A stretch of 64,000 bases of DNA, from assembly GCA_001938485.1 (NCBI GenBank), contig MQRK01196599.1:1-64000 (forward strand), in the 5' to 3' direction. The notes under the pieces are model-generated. The model ran no database searches. It was not told where the DNA came from and saw only the letters and a program-made list of their open reading frames with translations. Both the position numbers and the translations under genes were made by a program. Shown here one piece after another: positions 1 to 10,449 of the stretch (its first letter is position 1; each line of letters begins with the position of its first letter). This DNA is from Girardia tigrina. Its lineage: Eukaryota.

Positions 1-535
1 ATATATATATATATATATATGTAGCAAAACAATTAAAAAAATATTTATTTTGGTTATACATTATAAAATTCGAGTTTTCACTCGAATGGAAGTAATTTGA
101 GTGGGAATTTACTGTGTGATTATTTCCCTGGCCTATCTGGCACTTGATCTGTGATGGAAGGAGTTCCAACTTCGCATTGATATCTTACACGAAATCATCG
201 AGAAGTAAATCTTTATGAATTATTATAACATCATAAACAGAACCTGGAGAACCAGTCAATGAATAAATTGAGTCCATTTATTAAGCATGTTTTATAAAAA
301 TTTAGTATGGGGAAAAAGGGAATTTTCCCCAACCCCCGGGAGGAGGAACACATTGGTAAATCAATCGTAAAAAGTGTATTAGGTGCAACTATGGTTGTTT
401 TCATCGATCTTTGACAGGGTTTGACTTTAATTGTGGATCTAAAAAGTAATGTCAGTTCATATAGTTAAGATGAAAAACCCATTGAATATCGGGACAACGT
501 TTTGATAAAAATGTATGTAAAACTAATATAACTGT

Positions 536-808
536 AAATATAACCTCTAACTTTGGCGAACTCAAAATTTGATCACCAACCCATTTTATCCAATTTTCAA
601 ATTTTTGATTAGAAGATTAGGACATTAAAAAATATTTATTTTATAAACATTTAAATATCTGTTGTTTTATAATCTTATATCTTCAGTGTAAAATTTAATG
701 TAAAGTAGAAAAAATTCATTAGAACAAGTACTTCGAATATGACCAAATTCTTTATTACTCCAGTTTTTTTGCATTCTCAATTTTTTACCAAATTTAGAGG
801 TTATACTG
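536..808. mobile_element. Tc1/pogo-type MITE (about 270 bp)
   Basis: Inverted termini tataacctctaactttgg (539-556) and ccaaatttagaggttatactg (788-808); no coding capacity. Confidence 0.6.
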
Positions 809-1330
809 TTTCTTAATTTAAACTATATAATCTTCATTCTGAAACTTCATATATGCTGTAAAAAGTACTGTAACTTCATCTACGAATGTGTTATTTAACA
901 CGAAGCTCATCCCTACATTGGCAAAGACTTATCACCTGTACAAACTTTGAACTGAAAAGTAAAACAGAATCTCCTTCGATGTGCTTGAATCCAGTTTATC
1001 CAGAAAAATCAATATAATAATGATAATAATATTATAATATAATATAATATAATATAATATAAAAATTTATAATATTGATACTTTCAAAGTTCGGCAAGAA
1101 ATAAAACAAGACATTTATTATAAAAACTCTTAAAATAACAATACAAAAACCATAAATATTTATGTAATAATAAATCATACAATAAAACAACAAATATTTA
1201 CAACCAAAAATTTTAATTTTTTTGTAGATAAAAAACAAATAATCAACAAAAAAATCGTGAAATATTGTTAATAAATTTCAATGTGAAAAATGAAATGGCA
1301 ACATTAAAGAACGAAATGATTCCACGTTTT

Positions 1331-1695
1331 TTATATTTTATTATCGTCCGACGACGCGGACGATATTGATGAACATTTATCTTTCGAAATAATTGGATGC
1401 CACCTTGTCACCGTCGTCCAGGAGGACCCGATTGTTTCTGCCCAGTGTTCGGCCTGTAGAGAACCACTTGCCTTTTTGGGAGCGCCAAATATTAGTCTTC
1501 CCATGCAGTCATTTTTCGATGTGGAATGTTTTTCGTATATCGATACAATTACAAATAATTGAGATAATTGACCATCATTTATATCAAAAACAAATGATTC
1601 ATTAAAATTCGGATTGTAGCTTGATTTTTTCACCGAAGTCTTCTTTACCTTGTGAAACTTTTTACCATTGTAAAGAGTCATTTTGACAAAAGTGT
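1331..1695 (-). CDS. Terminal exon of a synaptotagmin-family protein (C2B domain; most like SYT15-type Ca2+-independent isoforms)
   Basis: Acceptor ttttttcag ends at 1696 (phase 1), then (D)TFVKMTLYNGKKFHKVKKTSVKKSSYNPNFNESFVF...GRLIFG...EHW...RWH to the stop at 1331. Shows the KKT, NPxFNExF, HW and WH motifs of synaptotagmin C2B; no disabling changes. Confidence 0.88.
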
Positions 1696-2259
1696 CTGAA
1701 AAAAATATATTCTAAATTATTTTTAAATAATTTAAATAAGTTGAATATTTGTAGAATTTAATTAAAAAAAGATTAATTTAAGAATATATTAATACATTAC
1801 TATCTTTTTAAATGTAAATCTTTAAATTAGAGAATTTTTTTTAAAAGAAACCTTTAATCTTAAAAATACAAGAATTTTCGACAAGTAAAAGGTTTGTTCA
1901 AAAGGATCAAAAATGTTTATCCTTTCCAAAATGCCTTTCTGTCTCAGCGCTGATGTCTTCTTGTTTCAAGTTAAAACATAAATTAAACTTCTTGTAGTAT
2001 CTAAATAGTTTTGTTATTTTCAATAATTCTTATCAATTTCATAAATCATCGTAACTTATATTTTCAAATGTATCTGCTACATTCCCTATCATTTGCGATA
2101 TTACTGATATTGGGGACACAAACATGTCTTCTTTTTGAGAATAAGCAAGTTTTTATACAATCACTGTCATTATATGTTAAAAGATTATTTTATTTCTTGA
2201 AAAGCAGCTCTTTTCCTCAAAACCTATTTTTTCCATATATGAAAATTTCTAAAGATGTG

Positions 2260-2277
2260 TATTTTTCGCACTCAGTA

Positions 2278-2281
<4 letters not shown>
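2260..2281. mobile_element. Terminal inverted repeat remnant shared with the DD37E element end at 7099-7118
   Basis: tatttttcgcactcagtactta versus tatttttcgcactcagtcctta, both followed by (TA)n. Confidence 0.55.
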
Positions 2282-2315
<34 letters not shown>

Positions 2316-2327
2316 GGATAAAAACAA

Positions 2328-2368
2328 GACGACGCGTTTCGAGATAATAAAAATCCCATCATCAGGTC
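2328..2368 (-). ncRNA. Minimal type-I hammerhead ribozyme (Penelope-like pLTR type)
   Basis: Exact reverse complement of 3210-3250: GAC-CUGAUGA-U-GGGAU(loop)AUCUC-GAAA-CGCG-UC/GUC. Confidence 0.85.
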
Positions 2369-3209
2369 ACAAATTACACTACGCAAGTACACTATATNNN
2401 NNNNNNNNNNNNNNNNNNNNNNNNNNNNNNNNNNNNNNNNNNNNNNNNNNNNNNNNNNNNNNNNNNNNNNNNNNNNNNNNNNNNNNNNNNNNNNNNNNNN
2501 NNNNNNNNNNNNNNNNNNNNNNNNNNNNNNNNNNNNNNNNNNNNNNNNNNNNNNNNNNNNNNNNNNNNNNNNNNNNNNNNNNNNNNNNNNNNNNNNNNNN
2601 NNNNNNNNNNNNNNNNNNNNNNNNNNNNNNNNNNNNNNNNNNNNNNNNNNNNNNNNNNNNNNNNNNNNNNNNNNNNNNNNNNNNNNNNNNNNNNNNNNNN
2701 NNNNNNNNNNNNNNNNNNNNNNNNNNNNNNNNNNNNNNNNNNNNNNNNNNNNNNNNNNNNNNNNNNNNNNNNNNNNNNNNNNNNNNNNNNNNNNNNNNNN
2801 NNNNNNNNNNNNNNNNNNNNNNNNNNNNNNNNNNNNNNNNNNNNNNNNNNNNNNNNNNNNNNNNNNNNNNNNNNNNNNNNNNNNNNNNNNNNNNNNNNNN
2901 NNNNNNNNNNNNNNNNNNNNNNNNNNNNNNNNNNNNNNNNNNNNNNNNNNNNNNNNNNNNNNNNNNNNNNNNNNNNNNNNNNNNNNNNNNNNNNNNNNNN
3001 NNNNNNNNNNNNNNNNNNNNNNNNNNNNNNNNNNNNNNNNNNNNNNNNNNNNNNNNNNNNNNNNNNNNNNNNNNNNNNNNNNNNNNNNNNNNNNNNNNNN
3101 NNNNNNNNNNNNNNNNNNNNNNNNNNNNNNNNNNNNNNNNNNNNNNNNNNNNNNNNNNNNNNNNNNNNNNNNNNNNNNNNNNNNNNNNNNNNNNNGTAGT
3201 GTAATTTGT

Positions 3210-3250
3210 GACCTGATGATGGGATTTTTATTATCTCGAAACGCGTCGTC
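3210..3250 (+). ncRNA. Minimal type-I hammerhead ribozyme (Penelope-like pLTR type)
   Basis: Core CUGAUGA 3213-3219, stem II gggat/atctc, GAAA 3238-3241, palindromic stem III acgcgt, GUC cleavage triplet ending 3247, stem I gac/gtc. Confidence 0.85.
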
Positions 3251-3949
3251 TTGTTTTTATCCCTATTATATAGATTTTACTTTGCAATGTATATATATAT
3301 ATATATATATATAGCATAAATTCACAAATTACAAAAAAACTAATCAAGTAGGCTGTTGCTTCAATAAATCAAAATAAAATTCATTTTAGTAATCATTTTT
3401 AAATTTCATTTTTCATGAATCTTGTAAAAAAAATAAAAGGCTCGTCTTTCTATTTACAAGAGAATGAACCAATTATTTTTTTTTACTATAATGAAAAGAT
3501 CAAACAAAGCAGGTTTACCAAATTAAATTTTATTTGAGGAACCTTCTTGAGATGATATCAAAAAAATATTAGATCACCTGACAAACACTAAAAATAACTC
3601 TCGTTTAACAAATAACTTTTTTTAATTCTTATAACAATCACTTACAGCTTAACAAACCGTTAAGTATTTGTAATATATTCGGAAAGAAATAAATCTGGAC
3701 GTCTATCTCAACGGTTATAAATAATGTAGATATCAGTATATGAATGTTAGATCGAAATGTTATGCAAAATATAGATCTGGATTGAGTAATTGTCTCCATA
3801 AACGAGATACAGACGAGAACTTGTCGAAATTCGATCAAAAAGGAGGGATTGTCACAATAAATTTGTTTCGCTATAGTCGTGTTTAATTCTGATTAAAATT
3901 TCATTTAATTCTGTCGTTTAGACAATTTGATGATAAATAATTTCTGCAT

Positions 3950-3985
3950 TGATTGCAATTTGAATTCGAATTCAAATTGCAATCA
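3950..3985. repeat. 36-bp perfect palindrome
   Basis: tgattgcaatttgaattc|gaattcaaattgcaatca is its own reverse complement. Confidence 0.9.
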
Positions 3986-4559
3986 TGAAATTAATTATAA
4001 AAAATAAATGATAAAGCATAATATAGTCTTCTTTTCTGCGTTTTCCATGACCTTCTTTTTCTCTTAAATAAAAACAACTTTTCTTTTAACTTATCTCTTT
4101 CTTTAAACACATAAATAAACTGATATATACAAATGAATAAAATAAACTATAATCACAGAGATCAAACTGGAATAAAAATATTAAAAAATAAATAAAATAA
4201 AAAAAACAAGATCGGATACACTCACGCAAACGTAGGTTATACAGTTGATAAAGAAGATGTGTTAACTAAAAAAACAAATAGTAAAAGAAAACGAGAAAAA
4301 TCACCACATGCGATAGAAATACAAAAACAATAAAAAGGTTTACATGAAAAAAAATCCAAAGGCAAATATACAAAATAAGTAGGGTACTACCATATTGCCT
4401 TTTACTTCTTTGATTATCATATTTATTTCTTTTGTTGCTGTTTGATTTGTGTTTGTATTATCAGTTTGTACTGATACTGTTTTTGTTATGAATTGAGTTG
4501 ATTTGTTTGTTGATGAAGTGTCTCTCAAAAAAATACTTTTTTGTGTGTGTAAGGCCTTT

Positions 4560-7118
4560 ACAAATCTGTCGTCAGAAAAAGGAAGTCGCCAATTAATTTT
4601 TCGTTTCTTACAAGAAAATCCACAATCAAGTCAGAAGGCAATTGCCAGAAAAGCAAAGATTTGTCAGAAAAAGTTTCTAGCTAAAAGTTTTCCCAGCCAT
4701 TCATTTTACGGAAAATTAAACAGTCTGCGTGTTTAAAAATGTATAAAGTTCAAACTATACCAGACCGGAAAGCTAACAAGAACCTAAAGGCGCCGCAGCG
4801 AGACAGAAAGTTGAAATCTGGTTTCTTGCGAAGAAAAAATGTTGTAATATAGATGATGAGACTTACATGCTGTGCTAGTTTTCCCAGCTATCCAGACAAG
4901 AATTTTACTCTGCAACTAAGAGAGGAGTTGAAGTAAAATTTGGAAGCGAGAAAAAATCTAAGTTTCCCAAAAAAATGTTGTTTGCTTGGTTATTTGTGGA
5001 TGCTGGAAAAGGAGTAAATGCTTTGTCACATCTGGCACAATAAACACAGAGGTCTATGTGAAGGAGTGCTTGCAAAAACGTTTATTACCATTCATAAATC
5101 AGCACGGAAGTCTTAATTTCTTTTGGTTGGATTTGGCATCGTGTCACTATGGTAAGACAGCCAAAAGTGGTACAAAGACAATAATGTCGATTTGGTGCAA
5201 ATCCAACAAATTGTCCAGAGCTTCGCCCAATCAAAAGATATTGGCCCAAGTAAAAAGGCAATTAAAGACGACAAACAAGAGGGTACAAAAATTGCAAATT
5301 TTTGGAAAAGGTGGAATAATGCAGCCGAAAACGTGACAGAAACGTGACAATTGCCAACCTAATGGCAGGCATTCCGGAAAAGCTCGCAGAATTTGTTAAA
5401 AAAATAATCTTTCTAAGATTACTAAAAATATTTTGAATGAAACACTGTAGGTATTTTTTAATCAAAATTATGGTTTTGAAGATAGAAAATGTTAAAGTTA
5501 GTAAGCCTTCCATCTTTTTCAAATGGTATTGAGCTACTAGGCTCTTTAGAGGGTCCACCTAAACTAAAGATTGCTAGATTAACCCCGATAAACCTTCCAT
5601 GTTGCAAACGACCAATCATGGATTGTGGTACCATGATTGAGCATGCCTTTGGCTGTATTAGTGGAATTGGTACAGCCGCGAAAGGGACACTTGGACTCTC
5701 CCCTCGCATTTGGATCTGCGATCCTAAAAGACAAATGTGTATCTTCGGGATAAGTCGTTTTCTCCACCACCGTTGGAATATTCGGAGTGATTGTTGCTGT
5801 GTGAAAGTCGGTCGTTTGTCTTTGTCTGAATTGTCGCTTCTTCTGTCGGATTGCGCTGATGATTCTGTCGGATGTTCATTGATATTCTCCCTCACTTCTA
5901 TTCCATAATCTTTACTCAGATGCCTCGTGAACCATCCTTCCTTTCCTAACGTTTGCTGCATTTGGTAAATTTGAACGGTTTTTCATCTTGTGGGAGATAA
6001 AGCGGATGATTATTGTGGATTCCTTTTGATCCCGCTTGAGATATCTATTCAGCTCCTTTTGTTCGGCGAACTTCTTAAAGCAACCTTCAGCCGTACATTG
6101 AAGGAGTTTATCTCTCTCATTGAGTAATTTCTACAAATAGGCTCTAGTTCTGTTCTGTTTTCCTTCTATTATTAAGGAGTTAATGTATTGCTCCCTTTCC
6201 ACAGTGGGGTCTCTGTGGAAAATGTCGTGTATGAAGTCTTCATACATTGCACTATCTCCAAAGAGCCCATATATATCCACTCTGAGGCATTTAGAGAGAG
6301 CTTGCTTCTTTCTCTCACTCATTTTCTTTCCCATTGACATTGTTGCTCTCCACACAGACCTCACAATGTTTTGTGTATAAGAGGTGTCCAACCTGCTATG
6401 ATAGGCAAGTCTTCTGCTTGCAATGATATTCATGGGAAGTGGGAGTCCAATGTCAATAGTATCCATCTGTATATTCTCAGTCTTCTGCACTTTCATGATT
6501 GTGCGAGTACAATAATTGTGAAAGGCAGCCAGCTTTTTGATTGTTTTGTTTCCTGTTCACCAACTCTCACAACTGTAATATACTACGGGAAATATGCAAA
6601 AGCTAACAATCTTCTTCTTGTTCCGCAATGAGAGATTATATCTCCTCGGAACCGGTTTGAGGTTCCACTTTTTCTTTCTCTTATCTCATCTTCAGCGGTT
6701 CCATTTGAGGAGATCATGGAAGCCAAATAGACGAATATGGATACCCACTCAATACCAGTCTCAAGCTGTTGTCCGGCGTTGAGAACTTTGGTATCTCAGT
6801 TTAAGTTCATAACATTGGTCTTATTGATATTGATCTTTAGTCCTAAATCTACAAATGAGTCTTTCAGTAGATTTAGGTTTTTGATAAGATTGCTCCAGTG
6901 CTTTTTTTCTTTTTCTACTCAGCCATTGTATCTCGCCTCCAATGGCTTGATTAAGGGAGTTTCACGTAGTAGTTCATGAAACAGTAAGATGCGGAAGTGA
7001 GTATATTATCGCCTCTTTCTTCTTGACAATTGATTCCCTGTCCAATAGCTTTTTGCTTGCGTGGGTTCTTATCGTTTCTCAAGCGTTAAAGTTAGTAATA
7101 TTTTTCGCACTCAGTCCT
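4560..7118 (+). mobile_element. Decayed Tc1/mariner-superfamily DD37E (ITmD37E-like) transposon; transposase relic about 4566-5400; right end interrupted by a LINE
   Basis: HTH ENPQSSQKAIARKAKI, IDDETY (about 4849), KKSKFPKK, YVKECLQKRLLPFI, FWLDLASCHY, NCPELRPI; frameshifted; TIR end resumes at 7099 after the LINE. Confidence 0.8.
5505..7084 (-). mobile_element. 5'-truncated RTE-like non-LTR retrotransposon (RT C-terminus plus three C2H2 zinc fingers)
   Basis: GLKININKTNVM, FVYLASMISSNG..EDEI, FPVVYYSCESW, KLAAFHNYCTRTIM, RRLAYHSRL; 14-bp TSD gttaaagttagtaa at 5491-5504 and 7085-7098; stops and frameshifts. Confidence 0.85.
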
Positions 7119-7581
7119 TATATATATATAGTTCAAAGTTTCATCTCAATTAAATCGAAAACAGTTTAAACAAGCTTATCTGATAAATAAATTTAATTTT
7201 CACGGATGTAAAAACTCGTACATTGAAGAGACAAAACGTCATCTCAAAACCGAGGTTAGTGAGCACTCGCAAATGAGTTCATCGAGTCCATTTCAAAAGA
7301 TGAATTTTCTTTTCTACAAAAGAGATTTTATTCACATTATGAACGACAGTTTTGTGAATCCCTACTAATAAGACACTACAACCCATCAATTAACATTCAA
7401 AATGGGCAAATAAAGCCATTTTAATACTTAAAATTTTTAATTAAAATGTTTTTTGTCATAATTACACCACAATTCGCTTTGGTTCCCCCTCCATTTTGCA
7501 TTTTATCAGTATATATATGATAAATCATAGTAAATGATAGACATGATAGACCATAGTAAATTTGAGCATGGTTGACAAACC

Positions 7582-9171
7582 GATAACGAAATTTTGCAAA
7601 TTTATACTAAATTGATTTTTATCAATATAATTAATAAATAAGTAACAAAAATCGTCATTTATCAAATGCTGTTTCAGAATGAATTAAAAATACCATGTAT
7701 ATACTTAAATAAGTGTTCATTTTCGCAGTTTTACGCTTTCAAAAAACATTCATATTTTAAAATTTATTAACTCAGGAATATTTCGATAATATTCAAAACA
7801 AAATTAATGAATAAAAAAATCAGAATTATTTTAATCCGTGCTCAAAAAATTATTTTTCAATTTTAGGAGTTTGACAGAATTTTACAAAGAAAATTAAAAT
7901 ATACTCGGTAAATATACAATAATAATATTTTTTTAATAATTTTTTAAATATGTAATAATATTATTGTTTTAATTATTTTGCTTTCATTTTTACTTTCAAT
8001 CTTTTTTCCTGGAAAAAATAAGGAAATTATCTTGTAAAATAAAATTTTAAAGACAGAAACAAAATAAATGATCGAAATTATCATACGAGTCTGTTATTAA
8101 TGTTTCTATGATTAATTGAAAAAAAATAAAATAAGTTTTTCAAAATAATCAGTTTTTAATTAAATAAAATTTATTTGAATACTTTGATGAATTTTTATTC
8201 GATTTTTTAGAATTATTATTATGTTTTAATTTTTAAAATAAAACAAAATAAATAATTTTTAATCACTTCATTAGATAAGTTTAATTAATATTTTTTTATT
8301 AATAAATAAATTTATGAATAAAATTTATATATAAAATATATTTATCAATAATATAATAAATTGTTAATAAGCTAAGACATAAATTAATTTCAAATTAACA
8401 GCATTTTTATAATATCTCATGTGAAGAAATAGGATCCATTACAGGGGTCCGACAGCTTTTTATTTTTAATGATAAATATAAAATAAGTATATATAGAATG
8501 AAGAATTGTATCATATTTCATATTTCTTTTATTAGCTTTACAATATTTTTGTATAAATTTTAAAAAAAATATGTATAGAATAGTTTGATCAGTTTTTTTA
8601 CCTTTAGATCTTAACAAGTATTGAAATATTCCAAAATTCATTTAAGAGATAGTTTTCCTCTAACTATACTTTGAAACTTTCTTGAAATGGACGAGGAAAA
8701 TTTCAAATTTGTAATGTTACATCATTTAAAATTATTTATATAAATACACACATACATATATATATATATATTTGCCTAAAAAGTGATTTTGTTTGTTAGT
8801 TAGTTTTTTTTGTTCGTCGGTCATGCTATGACCAAATGCAAAATCGCGGAGGAATCGGGGCGAATCCACGAAAGTATATGATCAATATAGATGACTAGCA
8901 TCAAGACGGTTCTGTCGCTGCAGAGTTTTTGCCGAAAGACACCCGGAAGCCGACAAAACAGACAGAACACAGTACTGGTCATTAAATTGTTAAATAAGTA
9001 CTGATTTCGAATAATAAAGATTTTGAAGATTCCTACAAGGAATTGCGTGAAAATGTTTATGAAATTACTAATAAAATACTAATTTATTTGATAAATGACG
9101 ATTTTTATCACTTATTTATTAAATATATTGTTAAAAATCAATTTAAAATAAATTTGCAAATTTTCGTTATT
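7582..9171. repeat. Pair of about 85-bp imperfect inverted repeats (7582-7667 and 9088-9171); possible foldback/MITE arms
   Basis: ataacgaaattttgcaaattta...aaaatcgtcatttatcaaat matches the reverse complement of atttgataaatgacgattttt...tttgcaaattttcgttat. Confidence 0.7.
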
Positions 9172-9196
9172 AATAATAATATCAACATTTCATATT

Positions 9197-9250
9197 ATTA
9201 GGTTTAAGTGTTAGGATTAGGGTTAGGGTAAGTTGTGAGGGTTAGAGTTG
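9197..9250 (+). repeat. Degenerate TTAGGG-like interstitial tract
   Basis: ttaggtttaagtgttaggattagggttagggtaagttgtgagggttagagtt. Confidence 0.6.
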
Positions 9251-10015
9251 ATGGTTTTGATCAGGCTAAGTTTTGATCAGTCAAATGACAGATTTAAAAA
9301 AAAGGATTGTAAAAATCTGTTTCCATAAGGAGGTAATGCTTACCTCAGCTGATCCATGATGGGCTCGAAAGATTCCTTTCACTTTTATTCTTAATTTTCC
9401 GATTTTAATCGTTAAAATTGTAGCAGTAGAAATATATTTTCAGTCTTTTATAAAGAAAGCAATCCTTACTTTTATTGAAATATCTAGGAAATCTCTGACT
9501 GTAGGCAAATATAAAAATAACATCGTTATTATTTTATCTCTGGTTATTTTCCCATCTTTTTGATGAATTGTTTAATTAAGTCTCTAACAAAACTGAAAAT
9601 CAGGAAACTTTAGATAGTATTTTTTATAATTATATCAGTGAGAAAGAAAATTTCTCTATTTTCTTCATTGTTTTATTTGTTAAGTCACAATTAAAACATT
9701 AATTAAATTTTTTGTTCTTCTTCACTTGAAGTGTCTAATTTTAGTCTGAAGTTATGTTAAAATGAGGAGAGGTTTTGTCCTTTAGTCGACGCTTTATTGA
9801 ATTTATTATAATAAAATATAATAAATTATTTTTTTTGCTTCTAAGTACAGATAAGTATAATGGTTGTTAAATATATCATGATACGATATTATTATTATAA
9901 TTATGTATTTATTGTATTTAAGATTACTAGTGATTATTGATTAATATTCATTTTAATTAAAAGTTATTATAAAAATTTGAAAAAGTACAGACAATTAATT
10001 ACGAAAAAACGCTTC

Positions 10016-10449
10016 TGTGAGGAATATTTTGAATGTTTGATGTTTTGTGTTTGAATGTGTATGTTGATTTGGAAATGTGCCTCTCCTACCCAGATGACTG
10101 AATAATATTTGAATTTTTATTATCTAAAAATATGTAATGTTTTAATTTATTTTTAATTTCAAATAATTTTAAAATTTAAAATAAGTTAATTAGTTTTTAT
10201 AATTTTTAATAAATAAATCTAATTAATATTTTTTAAATAATTAATAATTATTTTAATTATTATCCAATAAGTTTTGAGTAAATATGTTAATAAAATATTT
10301 ATTTCTCTATTAGCTAAAAAAATAATTAATTCATTAATTAATTTAGTTTAGAATGCAATCGTACGAAAGCTTTGACAAAGATGGTCTTAAGGACAATCGA
10401 AATTATTGTTTAAATAATAATATGAAAAGTCAAATAGGTGTTCTTAATA
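10016..10449 (+). mobile_element. 5' LTR of Gypsy element A (TGTGAGG...CTTAATA family)
   Basis: Starts tgtgaggaat, contains family core gtgcctctcctacccagatg, ends gttcttaata, is directly followed by tggcgac; homologous to six or more solo LTRs in the window. Confidence 0.85.

Noticed and set aside
1032-1238. Ile/Tyr/Phe-rich ORFs here and at 8417, 18117, 21496, 37612 and 59488
   Set aside because: Composition expected from random translation of AT-rich non-coding DNA
2011-3204. 397-aa ORF in the track, and similar ORFs at 25566, 27196 and 45066
   Set aside because: Artefacts of translating through N gaps and (TA)n
4340-4528. ORF with TQ/VQT motifs resembling dynein light chain binding sites
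   Set aside because: Short, low complexity, and without supporting splice or homology evidence
9343-9500. Possible upstream synaptotagmin exon on minus (LDISIK...KYISTATILTIKIGK...GSAE|gtaagc)
   Set aside because: In-frame stop within the candidate and a phase-0 donor, incompatible with the phase-1 acceptor at 1695
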